Source: Zootoca vivipara (Eukaryota). Taken from it: a stretch of 64,000 nucleotides of DNA. The stretch spans positions 58,652,001 to 58,716,000 of the forward strand of contig NC_083277.1 in the NCBI RefSeq assembly GCF_963506605.1, read 5' to 3'. Of this stretch, positions 49,078 to 62,880 are shown piece by piece. The notes under the pieces are model-generated. The model made no database searches and had not been told where the DNA came from. It worked only from the letters and a program-made list of their open reading frames with translations. The first letter of the stretch is position 1, and each line of letters opens with the position of its first letter. The position numbers and the translations under genes were made by a program.

Positions 49078-49479
49078 AGTTAGACACTGAGGCTAGAACC
49101 CCATCCCCCTAACATACATTTCTTTTCTTTTCTTTTCTATTAATTTTCTAATAGAAGAAAATAAAAAACAGACAGAGAAATAAGAGAAAAGTACACATTG
49201 AAAATTCAGTTGCCATCATATGAATTGATACATGCCATTCAAGTGGGTACCCAGCTACATCATTGCGCCAGCGCAAGAGTTAATGTTAAAGCAATGGGAT
49301 TTCTCTCCTGCTTGCTTTCCCCACCTGGGTGTCCCACTGTGTTTCCTATGTTGCTCTGCTGGATTTGGGGGATCCCAAGGGCAAATTAGGCCATGCAGAG
49401 TAGGAGAAAGAGAGGAGACTTCAGCTGCACAAGGAGAAAGTAAGAAGCAGCTGCTGGATCAGGCCCACCAGGTCCACCA

Positions 49480-49780
49480 TCCTGTTCTTCAACACTTTCT
49501 TGAGTTCATTATAAATCTTATTCCAGAAGTCATTCACTAGTGGACACGTCCACCACATGTGGTAGAAAGAGCCTACTTCTTTATTACATCTCCAACATTT
49601 GCTATCATGGTTATAATAGATCTTTGCTAATTTTACTGGTGTAAGATACCATCTATACATCATTTTCATTAAGTTTTCTCTTAATAAGTTACACGCAGTA
49701 AACTTAATATTCTCTTTCCATAATTTTTCCCAATCTTCCATCATTATATTATGTCCAACATCTTTTGCCCACAAAATCAT
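49480..49780 (-). mobile_element. L1/Tx1 ORF2 C-terminal zinc-finger fragment
   Basis: YRWYLTPVKL...CWRC...HMWWTCP. Confidence 0.85.
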
Positions 49781-52701
49781 AGCATTTTCATCCTGTTCTT
49801 CATATGTCCAATTGCCCAGTTCATTCAGGACATTTCTGAGAGGCAGCAGCCATATTGTTTTAGTAAGAGAGAAATGCAGAAGAGCTCCTCAATTTCACAG
49901 GTATTGTTCCACAAGGAAATCTCAACAGAGCAGAGAAAATAGTGTCCGTCCACCAGCCTTTTCCACTGAAAGGAAACTCAACTGGTCATCAGAATATCCG
50001 CTTATGGCAGGGAAAGGCAGAAAGTACCTCCATGTTGTGAAACATCAAATAAATGGTCAGGCTTCAATCCTATTCACTCTTTCTTGAAAGAGAACCTTTA
50101 CTTCATCAGGCTTACTGCTGAGTAAAAATGCACAGGATCGGGGGAAGCTCCTCTGAGGGACAAAATGGGTCATGGCTCTGCCAAGATTTGGAAACCTCCA
50201 AACTCTCCAAGCCAAAGGTGCAGACTTTCTCCTGCCAGCTTCTTGTTTCCAACATTGTATCATGTAAAACACAACCAAATATAGAGGGAACTTGGCCAGA
50301 GAACTGCTAGTGTGGTGAATGGAGAGGTGATGTTGGTGTGGACTTGAAGGAAGTAGATAGCCTTCGGCTATAGATAAGATCATCACATACCTACCCCTGC
50401 AAGAACAGCTGCCAAACAGGTCTCACAGGTCTGGCAGCGACAGTGGGCAAGGCATATTCATCCTTGCAGGGACAGCATTCCTTTTACAAAGAGCCCCAGA
50501 CATGAGCTGATAACATAGAATCAGAGAATCTTCATAAAGTATGAGCAAGAACTGAATCTTATTTCTCCCCACTTCATCAAGTTCAAATTATTGGCAAAAT
50601 ATTCTCTCATATTAAAGAAAGGAGTTGAGTTGGAGGAGGCCATGGGGAGGGGGCCATCCAATTAAACCTGCCAAGCAGGAAACACCATCAGAGCATTCTT
50701 GACGTGGCTGTTAAGCCTCTGCTTGGAGACCATTAAGGAAAGCCTCCACATTACTTGCTGGCAAATTCCACTGCCAAACAGCTCTCATTGTAAGGGGGTT
50801 CTTCCTGATGCATGGGTGAAATATTCTTTTAGTTTGAATCCATTGATTTGTGTCTACTTCTTTGGAGTAGCAGAAAGCAACCCTTCACCCTCCTCTATAT
50901 GGTATCCCCTCAACCTTCTCTTTTCCAGGCTGAGCATGCCCGGCCCCCTGAGCTGTTCCTCAAAAGGCATTCCTTAAAGATAGGAAAGGAATGCTTGTCA
51001 GGCTACATTTCTGGGGGCTCGCAGGCCACGTCTCTCAGACTATTCATTGTTGGCTAATAAGCAAAGGCATAAGGGTTGGAGAGAGATGCGGTGGTGGTTA
51101 GGAAGGAGATGAGGCAGAATTCCCGCTTCACAATTGTAGGTGTGACTCCCCAGTCTGAAGTTTTGCACTATGAAGGTTGCATTGTCCTTCTTTTTAAAAG
51201 GATCAAGATCTTTCCAAATCACTGTGATCTCAATAGAATATTGCTACAAAAGTCGAGTGCCTGACCCTCTCTCTGCCAAGTGGGGGGGGAACCCCATGGG
51301 GTCCCAGGCACCCACACAGGGTCTATGATTCTTTGGAGAATTGAGGTTGCGGTGGAGACTGTTGTGGCTTTAAGAAATATTGTGTATTAAGCTATGTGCA
51401 CCTTCAATCTGCATGGAGGGAGTCCAGATCTTACAATTAGGGTCCTTCCAAAAGGGGCTTGTACCACACACAGCAGCAAAGGCAGCCATCAGCCAGCCTT
51501 CCCAAGATGGATCCCAGCTCTTCTTCCTGCTTATTCTTCCCAGCAACCTTTGCTCTCAGACTCCCTTGTCCTGTCACCTCAAACATACACTCCATCACTT
51601 TGGTAACATCCACATTGTGGATTCCTCCACAATGGTCCATCAACACCTTTTGTCATGTTAACAGGTTTGCTCTCTCCTAAGCCAACCAGGCTGGTTTGGA
51701 TAAGCCAGTTCAGGAATTCTCTGCCCGGCAGCTTGTATTTTAATCCATATTCCAATTAATCAATATCCTGGCATATATTCATTTCTAAGGTTTAGGGGGG
51801 TTCCCCCTTAAATCTATGGAAAGATGCTGCTTCAAAGAGAATTGGAAAAATGGAGAAGATAGTGTTGGGGCAATGCTCTGAGCATTGGAAGTGTGGTTTA
51901 AACAGAACATAAGAATACCCCTGCTGGATCGTGCCCATGTCTCTTCTGTCCCAGCATCCTGTTCTCACAGCTGACAACCAGATGCCTATGGGATGCCTGC
52001 AAGCAGGACCTGAGGGCAAAAACACTGGACCCGCCTGCTGTTTTCCCAGTAACTTGTATTCAGAAGAAAATTGCCTCAAACAATGGAAATCCAAGATGCT
52101 CACACCATACATTCATGGCTTGTTTTCTCCTATCAAGCAAATCTTGTTTCCTCTGTGTTTGTTTTCCAGTTCTATGGTTTTAAGCAATTAAAAATAATAA
52201 GTGTGTTTGACGTATATAACGTGTTTGTATTGCTTTCTAGGACAACAATACCTCTTTTATTTTATGGCTTACATGCTAAACAAGTAAGGCTCTATTGTTT
52301 TTCTTTGTACTAAAATGATCGCCTTTGGTCAAAAGAATCCCAGCAATTCTAAAACTGTTTTGATGGTACCTCATTTCTTGTGACCTGCAACAGCAATGTC
52401 ACAATCACACCAGAAGCCTTATTTCCTGAGGAGCTGGTTGCCAAATATTTCGTGCACACACGTGGAATGTGCACTTAAAGGGAACCATTAAAATTGGTAG
52501 AAAACATTGCAGTCATCTATAATCACATTTGCACATTTAAATATTTCTCAAAACAGGTAGATTTCATCATCAAGGCTGCAGAAACTTCCATAAATACATG
52601 GAAGAGACGTCATACCTCACTGTAGCCAGTGGAATCTGAAAAGCATCTACTGCTTGGAAAAGCACTAAGAGGCCAACAGATCGAAACCCACCAGCAAAAT
52701 C

Positions 52702-55700
52702 ATGAAGCCAGGCAGCTTTCTCCTCCTCACTCTGATGGTCTTCTTTTTGTACTCAGGTGAGTCATATTTCATATTGAAAAAAGTTCTCTTTCTCGGAGAG
52801 GTGTAGGGACCAAACAATCCATGGACTAGTCATGTCTTCAAATGAATGTAGGAAGGCTCCACCTGTATTGACTAAATCCAGTGAGTCCTGCATACCTTGG
52901 TGTTCACTATCTGAAAGCTAAAGGAAGGAGGGGACATTGCGGTCAAACATAGGGACACTGGGGGCAGGGACACACATCCCCCCAAAACACACACACCCCT
53001 GAGCCTTTCCCACATTCTTTTCAATACTGAAACACGTCTGTTCTCAAGGTTCCTCCTATCTGAAATGATACATGTCAGGAAGAACCAGAATGAATGTCTT
53101 GCCTTGTGAGATTCACGATACACCAGGGCTCTTCATTCCAGACAGTGCCCAACACTTTCCACCCAATAGGAGCCTCTTTGTGAGTTGAGGCTTCAAACAT
53201 GAATGCCCCCTAAAGCTACTACCACCACACACCGTGCTTCCTTCACAATCTCCACATGGCTCCTGTAAGATAAATAGTGGACTTGGGAACAATTCTAAAC
53301 ACACACGGCACCACAGCTGGGTATTCCACTGAAATCAAAAGAACTGGTACCCAGTTAGCTAGGAAATGAATCGTTATATTCAGTTATTCCCATTTAACGG
53401 ATTAGACCATTTCTCATTGATTTGATTATCTTCCAATCCATGCCCCATGACATTTAAAGTAAATTGCATATTGCCAAGCCACATTATGGGTGCACTTTCA
53501 GGATAACAAAGGATGTGAATGATACAATGCACCTCACTTTTCAGTTCCTAGAAATAACTGTTCTAATATGAACTGTTATTCAATATATGGATTTTCTTTA
53601 TAACTTTACATTTTCTGTGCTTTGCTTCTAGGTGTTGCTGTTAAAGCATCATGGGAAGCGGTGAGTGCGAAATATTATGATAGTGTTAGGAAAACATTCT
53701 TTAAGAAACAGAGAAAAGTTCCTGGAAGCTTTAAAGAGGGTTCCAGAATTTTGTTTAGTGTGTAGGAGTGGCACTCTAGGCTTGATTGGTGTCAGCTGGA
53801 GGTGCAAATAAAGGGAGGAAGTTGCAGGCTGCAATTTCCGCAGGAGGAAAGCACACACATTGTCAACACGCATGCTGACAACAAGGTTGGAAGTAAGATC
53901 ATGTGTGCTGCTGATACTCTGAGTTTTGCTGTGTCAGGATTGTTAATTACTGGACTGAGATTATACCGTGCTGGAGAGATAAAGAAGGAATGTAAATAGC
54001 TTGTATATAATAGTAGCAGAAATGCTTGTGCGACCAGTCAAGCAATAAAGGAGCTCTTGACTGTGGATTTGAGTATGACTCCTATTCTTGTCCTCTGCCT
54101 CCGGGAAAAACTCTGCTACAAAAAGTGGTTTACTGAAAAACATATATGCATATATATAACAGAAAAGAGCTCCCCCCCCCACACACACTTTCACATTAGT
54201 TCTAGTTCCTTAGTCCTAGCTTGTGTTCTGTAGTAGCCTATTGGGGTTATTTTATTATTATTAGACAGACCACCCTAACCTGGCAGGCATATTATTTAGC
54301 CACAGTCTTATGAAATCAGGAATAATAATATTCTTGAGAACTGGCAGGATTGGACACTCCAGTGGATTTTAAAAGATGTATTTTAAAGCATCTGTTAAAT
54401 GTATTGAGTATGAAACCCCTGGAACTACCCACCTGTAATCTGCAAATTTCGTGTCACAATGTAAAAAAACACTTTGTACCTGCTTTAACCCTGCAGCATT
54501 TTAAAGTTTTAAAACGTCTTGCATGAAACCCCGGCATTGACCATCTGTAAATCAATAGGTTTAATCCTACATATAGGGGTTACAATGTAACCAAATCTCA
54601 TGCCTTGAAGATGAAAATTTTGGCATTTTTATTTGGCAATGCAAGTCTGTGATATTCTGGAGATTCATAAAAATCAGCTCTGGATCAGGTTGTTTGGGGT
54701 CCAAGTCAGCCTGGAACAGAGTGGGCCTGATTTGGATAAATCAGAGCCACAAATTGGATGGGGTAGGGTCCATGCACTACCCCAGTAGAAAGCTGTGGGT
54801 GGCCACAGGGTGCCAGAGTGTTTGGTTCTTCTGGATACAAGGTCCTGCAAATCCCCAAGGCTCCTAAACACTGGACTTTTCTGCTGTGCCTGTGTGGAGC
54901 TGGCACAGTCCAAATGGCAAAAAATAATCCACGTTCCCAACTTTCACCCTGACTGCCAAGATGTAACAGAACGGCTGCAAGGAATCATAAAACCCACTGA
55001 CAAATACCCCTTCCTTTTGGTGCATGTGGGAACCAATGACACTGCAAGCCATAGCTTACAGAAGATCAAAAATGATTATGAGGCTCTGGGCAGGAAGTTG
55101 AAGCAATTAGATGCACAAATTGTCATCTCTTCTGTCCTCCCAGTTGAACGACATGGCCCAGGGAGAGAGGGAAAAATAGGGGAAGTGAACAACTGGCTTC
55201 GCAAATGGTGCAAACAGGAACGGTTTGGATTCCTAGATCACGGTCTGCAGTTTCTTGAAGATGGACTTCTGGCAAGTGATGGACTGCACCTCACAAAAGT
55301 TGGGAGGAATGTTTTTGCCACGAAACTCAAAAACCTCATCAGGAGGGCTTTAAACTGACTTATGTGGGGGAGGGAGACAGTGGTCCTGAAGGTAGGAGTC
55401 TATCAAATGCTGAAGATGATCATCCAAATGTCAAGGACCAAATGGAGCAAGCAGCATGCAGACCTAGTGGTGGGACGAAAATATCCTTAAATAAGAGACA
55501 TGGGGGAATGATCAACGGTCTTCAATGTCTGTATACTAATGCACAGAGCATGGGAAATAAACAAGATGAACTTGAGCTCTTGGTACAGCAAACTAAATAT
55601 GACATAATAGGCATCACTGAAACCTGGTGGGATGAGTCTCATGACTGGAATGTAGTAATAGAGGGATACAATCTATTTAAGAGAAATAGACCAAACAGGA

Positions 55701-58700
55701 AAGGAGGAGGAGTAGCTTTATATGTTAGGGATATGTATACCTGTGAAGAGATCCAGGATTTAAAACTTCAAAGCCAAATTGAGAGTATCTGGGTCAAAAT
55801 TAAGGGAGAGAAAAACAACAGTGATCTCATTGTGGGAGTTTACTATAGATCCCCAAGCCAAACTGAGGACACAGATGATGCCTTCCTGGAACAGATGGCC
55901 AAGCATTCCAAAGGAAGTGAGATAGTAGTAATGGGGGATTTCAACTATCCTGATATTTGTTGGATGTCAAACTCAGCCAAGAGCATAAGGTCGAACAGAT
56001 TCCTCACTGGCCTTGCAGACAACTTTATTGTCCAGAAAGTGGGAGAAGCAACAAGAGGATCAGCCATTTTAGATCTGGTCCTAACCAATAGTGATGACTT
56101 GGTTAGTGGGGTAGAAGTGGCAGGATCATTAGGTGGGAGTGACCATGCTCTTCTGGAGTTTATTATCCAGCGGAAAGGAGCAACCAAGCATACTAAGGTC
56201 CAAATTCTAGACTTTAAGAAAGCCGACTTCGGAAAACTTAGGGAAACGCTGGGTGAAATCCCATGGACAGTAATACTAAAAGGGAAGGGAGTTCATGATG
56301 GTTGGGAGTTTGTTAAAAGGGAGATATTAAAAGCACAACTTCAGGCAATACCAATGAGACGGAAACATGGAAGGTGCCTAAAGAAGCCAGGCTGGCTATC
56401 TAAAGAACTTTTGACTGAGTTAAGATTTAAAAGGGATATGTACAAAAAATGGAAAAGGGGGGAAATCTCCAGAGAGGAATTCAAACATATAGCCAGCACG
56501 TGTAGAGGCAAAGTCAGAAAAGCTAAAGCACAGAATGAACTCAGGCTCGCCAGAGAGGTTAAAAGCAACAAAAAGGGCTTTTATGGGTATGTCCGTAGCA
56601 AAAGGAAAAACAAGGAAACAGTGGGGTCACTCAGAGGAGAAGATGGTGAAACGCAAACAGGGGACAGAGAAAGGGCAGAATTCCTCAATGCCTTCTTTGC
56701 CTCAGTCTTCTCCAAGAAAGAAAACAACGCCCGACCTGAAGAATATGGAGCAGTTGATTCAGCAGGGGAAACACAGCCCAGAATAAGTAAGGAGGTAGTA
56801 CAAGAATACTTGGCTAGTTTAGATGTATTCAAGTCTCCAGGGCCAGATGAACTACATCCAAGAGTATTAAAAGAACTGGCAGAGGTGATTTCAGAACCAC
56901 TGGCAATAATCTTTGAAAATTCCTGGAGAACAGGTGAAGTTCCAGCAGACTGGAGGAGGGCAAATGTTGTCCCTATTTTCAAAAAGGGGGAAAGAGAGGA
57001 CCCAAACAATTACCGCCCAGTCAGCCTGACATCAATACCAGGAAAGATTCTAGAGCAGATCATTAAGCAAACAGTCTGTGAGCACCTAGAAAGAAACTCT
57101 GTGATCACTAAAAGTCAGCATGGGTTCCTGAAAAATAAGTCATGTCAGACTAATCTGATCTCATTTTTTGACAGAATTACAAGCCTGGTAGATGAAGGGA
57201 ACGCTGTGGATGTAGCCTATCTTGATTTCAGCAAGGCCTTTGACAAGGTGCCCCATGATATTCTTGTAAAGAAGCTGGTAAAATGTGGGCTAGACAATGC
57301 TACCATTCAGTGGATTTGTAACTGGCTTACTCACCGAACCCAAAGGGTGCTCATCAATGGCTCCTCCTCATCCTGGAGAGTAGTGACTAGTGGGGTGCCA
57401 CAGGGTTCTGTCTTGGGCCCAGTCTTGTTCAACATCTTTATCAATGACTTGGATGATGGGCTTGAGGGCATCCTGAGCAAGTTTGCAGATGACACCAAAT
57501 TGGGAGGGGTGGCTAACACCCCAGAGGACAGGATCACACTTCAGAATGACCTTAACAGATTAGACAACTGGGCCAAAGCAAACAAGATGAATTTTAACAA
57601 GGAGAAATGTAAAGTACTACACTTGGGCAAAAAAAATGAAAGGCACAAATACAGGATGGGAGACACCTGGCTTGAGAGCAGTACATGTGAAAAGGATCTA
57701 GGAGTCTTGGTAGACCACAAACTTGACATGAGTCAGCAGTGTGATGCAGCAGCTAAAAAAGCCAATGCAATTCTGGGCTGCATCAATAGGAGTATAGCAT
57801 CTAGATCAAGGGAAGTAATAGTACCACTGTATTCTGCTCTGATCAGACCTCACCTGGAGTACTGTGTCCAGTTCTGGGCACCACAGTTCAAGAAGGATAC
57901 TGACAAGCTGGAACGTGTCCAGAAGAGGGCAACCAAAATGGTCAAAGGCCTGGAAACGATGCCTTATGAGGAACGGCTTAGGGAGCTGGGTATGTTTAGC
58001 CTGGAGAAGAGAAGGTTAAGGGGTGATATGATAACCATGTTCAAATATATAAAAGGATGTCATATAGAGGAGGGAGAAAGGTTGTTTTCTGCTGCTCCAG
58101 AGAAGCGGACACGGAGCAATGGATTCAAACTACAAGAAAGAAAATTCCACCTAAACATTAGGAAGAACTTCCTGACAGTAAGAGCTGTTCGGCAGTGGAA
58201 TTTGCTGCCAAGGAGTGTGGTGGAGTCTCCTTCTTTGGAGGTCTTTAAGCAGAGGCTTGACAGCCATCTGTCAGGAATGCTTTGATGGTGTTTCCTGCTT
58301 GGCAGGGGGTTGGACTGGATGGCCCTTGTGGTCTCTTCCAACTCTATGATTCTATGATTCTATGATTCTAACTCAGTTTGAATATGGAACACTGCTTGGC
58401 AGGATGATAAACCAGCTTTTCCTGTGCTTGAATGCACATCTTAAATTAACACTTGATGTATTCGTCATCTGTGCCTCATTATTAGGCAAGTCATAAACAG
58501 GAAGGCCTTGCAGTCCAGAGGTTAAGGGGGGAAGAGCCCTTAATAAGTGCTGTGTCCTTTTTCTTCAGAAATATTGCCAAGGGTATCCAAAAGTCCAATG
58601 CACTGAGGAGTACCGTGCACACTGTGGTTCTGATGGCAAGACCTATAGCAACCGGTGTCACTTCTGCAATGAATATATGTGAGTATATCATAGAACCATA

Positions 58701-59299
58701 GAATTGTAGAGTCGGAAGGGACCACAAGGATCATCTAGTTCAAACCCCTGCAATGCAAGATATATATTTTTTGCACAATGTGGGTTATGTGTTGCCTATG
58801 AGGCCCAAATCAACATGGTGAGCAGACCTAATCTGCAGACCGTCTTAAATTTTAAACTCAACTGGGTTCACAAGCACCACCCTCCTGACAGTATTGTTGT
58901 TGCTGCTGCTGCTAAGTGGAATCCTGTGAGAGGAGAGGGCAGGGGAAAGATGCCCAAATCGGTTCTATGTTCTATGACACAGATCAACAATGAAGGGTGC
59001 AGAAGACGGATCTTCCACCAAGTGGTGGAGCTGAAAAGAACACTGGTCCATCTTGTTCAATATTGTCTAGGCAGATGGCAGAAGCTCTCCAGGGACTCAG
59101 ACATTATTCTTCCATAACCCTTTCCCTCCCCAAGACTTGGGGCAATGATGAACTTAGTGTTCCCACCTATTTATCTTTAAGAGTTATAATGAAACTTGCG
59201 TGTTATGAATTCTCATATTTATTTACTTCTTTTTTTCTCATCAGAAAAAATAAAAGAAAGCTGATACTAATGTACTATGGAAAATGCAGAAACGTTTAA
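52702..59299 (+). CDS. Single-domain Kazal inhibitor gene C (SPINK-like), 82 aa, P1 Glu; intron 2 holds a CR1 LINE
   Basis: Exons 52702-52756, 53632-53660, 58569-58678, 59245-59299 give [88 protein letters not shown] at 59453. Confidence 0.9.
54956..58370 (+). mobile_element. CR1 LINE, 5'-truncated within ORF1, in intron 2 of gene C
   Basis: ORF1 esterase (SGNH-like VHVGTND, DGLH) ending at 55358, intact ORF2 and (ATTCTATG)n tail. Confidence 0.95.
55364..58285 (+). CDS. CR1 ORF2: APE endonuclease plus reverse transcriptase (uninterrupted)
   Basis: YTNAQS, ITETWW, GDFN, LDLV and SDH endonuclease motifs; [10 protein letters not shown] and FADD RT motifs. The true start may be the ATG near 55508. 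Confidence 0.95.
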   Translation: MGEGDSGPEGRSLSNAEDDHPNVKDQMEQAACRPSGGTKISLNKRHGGMINGLQCLYTNAQSMGNKQDELELLVQQTKYDIIGITETWWDESHDWNVVIEGYNLFKRNRPNRKGGGVALYVRDMYTCEEIQDLKLQSQIESIWVKIKGEKNNSDLIVGVYYRSPSQTEDTDDAFLEQMAKHSKGSEIVVMGDFNYPDICWMSNSAKSIRSNRFLTGLADNFIVQKVGEATRGSAILDLVLTNSDDLVSGVEVAGSLGGSDHALLEFIIQRKGATKHTKVQILDFKKADFGKLRETLGEIPWTVILKGKGVHDGWEFVKREILKAQLQAIPMRRKHGRCLKKPGWLSKELLTELRFKRDMYKKWKRGEISREEFKHIASTCRGKVRKAKAQNELRLAREVKSNKKGFYGYVRSKRKNKETVGSLRGEDGETQTGDRERAEFLNAFFASVFSKKENNARPEEYGAVDSAGETQPRISKEVVQEYLASLDVFKSPGPDELHPRVLKELAEVISEPLAIIFENSWRTGEVPADWRRANVVPIFKKGEREDPNNYRPVSLTSIPGKILEQIIKQTVCEHLERNSVITKSQHGFLKNKSCQTNLISFFDRITSLVDEGNAVDVAYLDFSKAFDKVPHDILVKKLVKCGLDNATIQWICNWLTHRTQRVLINGSSSSWRVVTSGVPQGSVLGPVLFNIFINDLDDGLEGILSKFADDTKLGGVANTPEDRITLQNDLNRLDNWAKANKMNFNKEKCKVLHLGKKNERHKYRMGDTWLESSTCEKDLGVLVDHKLDMSQQCDAAAKKANAILGCINRSIASRSREVIVPLYSALIRPHLEYCVQFWAPQFKKDTDKLERVQKRATKMVKGLETMPYEERLRELGMFSLEKRRLRGDMITMFKYIKGCHIEEGERLFSAAPEKRTRSNGFKLQERKFHLNIRKNFLTVRAVRQWNLLPRSVVESPSLEVFKQRLDSHLSGML

Positions 59300-62014
59300 G
59301 ATGCACAAGACTACGGAACATCTGTGGAAGAAGTCCCATTTCTCTTCAAGCTTCACTCATTGCATCACCCCCCCCCAAAAAAAGTCCATTATTCTCTTTG
59401 CTTATGCTCTGTGAGCCAGTGAATACTTTGCAACATCTTAATTCAGTTCATCAATAAATAAGCTCAGCAACGTTATCAAACTCCCCATACATTTACTTGT
59501 GTATTATCTAGTCTTAAAATTATTAAGAATAGAATTTATTTCTGCCATCCAAGTTAGTATTCAGCTACATCCTTGCACTAGTGCAAGAATTAGTACATTA
59601 CACACAACACAAACAATGAACTGAGTTTTAAACAATCAGCCTAATCTACTCACTCTGGACTATAACACTTCTGACTGCAGGCAATGGATTTCTACAGATT
59701 TAAAAAACCCAAAAGGTTGACAGGCAGGTGATTAGTTAGACATTGATGTTAGAACCCATTACCCTGCCATGATTATATTCTTTTCTTTTCTTTTCTATTG
59801 ATTTTTAATGGAAGAAAATGAGAAAGAGAAGCAGAGAAATAAAAGTACACGAAGAAAATTCAATTACCACCATATGAATTCATATATGCCACCCAAGTTG
59901 GTATTCAGCTACATCCTTGCACCAGCTCAAGAATTAATGTCATTGCAATGGGATTTATCTCCTCCTTGTTTTTCCCACTTGGGCGTCCCACTGTGTATCC
60001 TTGATTTCTCTGGTGTATTTGTGGGGTCCCCAGGGCAGGTTAGGCTGTGCAGAAGAAGACTGGGCCATTTTTTTCTAGAAGCGTCTGTTTTTATCCATTC
60101 TGTTGCTTCCGTAAGCACAATATTAATAGCCTCAATAGCCCCTCCCTAATACGATTTGAGACCAGTGACTTGTATTGTATCACAGATTGGCCTGTATATG
60201 ATTCTCGTTTTGAGAATTTTTGAATTGGGAGTCTGAAATCTGGAGACAGCTGCTTCCATAGGTTTTTCATGATAGCCACATCTAAACTCCCCACCCCCGC
60301 AGTATATATGAAATCAGTGTTGGCTAGAAGTCCATGCAATAAATTGTTATTTTTTGACAAATACTATCTAACATGCAATTTATCACTGGAGTCTTTCTTC
60401 AGCCTTGCTTTGGCTTATGGTCAAGACAGGCTACATTGCATACAACTTTCTAAGCTACATGTTACCACATATCTCTTGCATGTCCCTAGTTTCTGCACAG
60501 GAAGGGAACTGTTTTGCTTGGTACATCACACCATCAAGCAAGACACAAACATAAACTGGAAGATAAGCTGCCCAGGGGGTGGGGGGGGGGAAAGAGAGAT
60601 TTGGTCACAAGCCTCTCTCTCCCACCATGTGGCTGTTTGCTCCTACAGGAGGCAGTGATGGTTCCACCCTTGATGGCTTTAAAAGGAGGTTAGACAAAAT
60701 AATGGAGGGGGCTATCAATGTGATGGCTATGCTCTACCTCCAAAGTCAGAGGCAGGTTCAGTGCTTTCACCTCCAGTTTCCACATGGGACACCCCTATCA
60801 CTCAAGCTGAAATGTGATATAGGCATGAGACAACATTCTTCCCATTGACGTCTGCCCCTCCTTCACCCTTGCCCCAAGACTGCCCAGTCAGACTGAGGGA
60901 GGGAACTTCTATTGTTACAGCTGCAATAAATCATGAATTCACCTACTGTTTTGCGGTGTCCCTTCCAACCAGCCATGGCCTGGCTTTATCTCCTCCCCCC
61001 ACAGGTATCCCTTTCCTTCAGGCGACCTCAAAAATGGGACTTTCTGCAATAAGGAAAATGAGAGGGAAATGCACTGGGAAGAGTGGGATAACAACTGAGC
61101 AACACAATGCTATATAATCTCACCTCAGCAAATAGGGACAACTGCTTAGAAGCCAGGCTCTGTTATGGGAAGGGGACCTGAATTTGCTAGTAGGCCACCG
61201 AGTCCTACACCAAAATAGGGACACTCTGAAAGCATAAATGGGGAATGCAATTGCTCAGCTGGTCCCTGCAGAAAGCAGGTATGAACTCTTCCTCCATGAT
61301 CTGATAATCATGATGTCAGGTGATTGCCAGGTGGGTTGTCCCATCTATCTGTCAAAGAGGACCCATGGAAATGGAGACAGATAACCATCGAGCCTACTAG
61401 GCCAGACACAGACATTGTAAAACTTTGTGTTAAAGGTTTAGTTGCAAAGCCATGAGGTCCTTCAAAGGAGATGTTAAGAACAAGCTATGTGGCCAGCAGA
61501 ATGAAATGGTGTGGCTCTTGCTAGACTGCACCACCTCAAGTTGCTGGTGCATAAATCACATCACTGAATGCTTCCCCGCGGGGTGGAGAAATTAGAAATG
61601 TAGAACATCAGTCAGAAGGATTCAAATTTAGAATTGCCCCTGCCTGATATGCTGGTTTCCTATGTATAGGCAGGTGTATTTTGTAGCAACCCACCATCCA
61701 CAGGGTCAAGCATAAACTGTAACTCATGATATTACTGTTTGTGTAGCTCCACTCTTAGTGGGTATGACAACATCTACTTTTTCTCTCTTCACAGATCCTA
61801 AATGTATACGAGGTGTAAGAATGGGAAAGAAGACTCTGAGAAAGACAACGCTGCTTAGCTTATTTATTGATAAATCCAATCAAGATGATGCAATGTTTTC
61901 TTCAGTTACTAAAGCAGAAAATGCAAGGAGGAAACAATGGGTGGCTTTGTTTGTGGTGATGCTAAAAGGTGAGCAAGGCATGAACTGAGGGTGACATTCT
62001 TTAGTAGATGTTCT

Positions 62015-62880
62015 TTAGACATTCACTGCTCCATAGCATGGTCCATATCTAATCAGGGAGAGCCGTCCACGACTTTTGCTGGTGAGAGAAAGACAAAGCA
62101 GAGTGTGAGGGTCCACAAGATGCAAAATTATTAAACAGACGAAATGTACCAGTGAGTAGGATCGACTGAAAAAGAGAGGTCACTTGAAATTGGCAACCAT
62201 AGGGTGGCACCCAACTAGATAGCTCTGCTAGTATAGGCACTTTGGAACTGTGCAATGAAACTTCACCTTATCCTCTCCCGCTACACCATGCACAACTCCT
62301 AAATATGTTCTGGTGAGAGAAGAGAATGAGAAGTTCCATTGTGGCAGCCCCAAGTGTTGGTGCTAACCCAACTGTTTAGTTGGATACTGCCCTAAGTTAC
62401 ATTTCCTGTTGGCAACAACACTGGATGAAATTGCTTCATTCTCCAAGTTTTACGTTACAAAATTATTTGTATTGCATCTGGCAGTTGTTTTGTTCAGGCA
62501 AGGACTTCCACTTGTGCCATGGAATTTCCCTTTCCTCTCCTTGTGCCCTCCCACCCGCTCCAAATTTGGTATAGAGGGTTGGAGGAACCCCTACAACAGA
62601 TGTGGGGTTCCTCATGCCAGAGTGGGGGAGAGAGGGGAAGATCCATTACACAAGCAGAAAACTTGCAGAAACATTGGATCCAGCCCTTTGTAAGGCAGTG
62701 TTTCTCTTAAATAGGCTACAAATCCTGCTCATCCTTTTCAGGTTGTTCATCATGGGAAATCTGTACTCACACAAATGCATTGCAGAAGAAGCACTTATTG
62801 CTGTATGTTTGGCCATCAGAACCACACATTCGTTGTAACTCCAAGGTGCAGAAGTTTCTCGGATAGCCTTGGCAATCAAC
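62015..62880 (-). CDS. Last two exons of Kazal inhibitor gene D (5' exons not identified, probably beyond the window), P1 Leu
   Basis: Exon 62880-62771 ([36 protein letters not shown]) and exon 62078-62015 ([21 protein letters not shown]). The 3'UTR motif TTTATCAATAAATAAGCT at about 61875-61858 is shared with genes A and B and closely matched in C. Confidence 0.88.

Larger units (their letters stand above)
29030..60060. repeat. Tandem triplication carrying genes A, B and C (units start near 29030, 44310 and 51825)
   Basis: Shared upstream block (gaagatagtgttggggcaat...), shared introns and shared 3' flanks in three copies. The block at 43615-44310 also matches 51135-51830. Confidence 0.9.

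Noticed and set aside
211-62880. Assigning specific symbols (SPINK1/4/6/7/9, OVM) or calling the genes venom toxins
   Set aside because: Orthology needs phylogeny and synteny, and nothing in the sequence shows tissue of expression.
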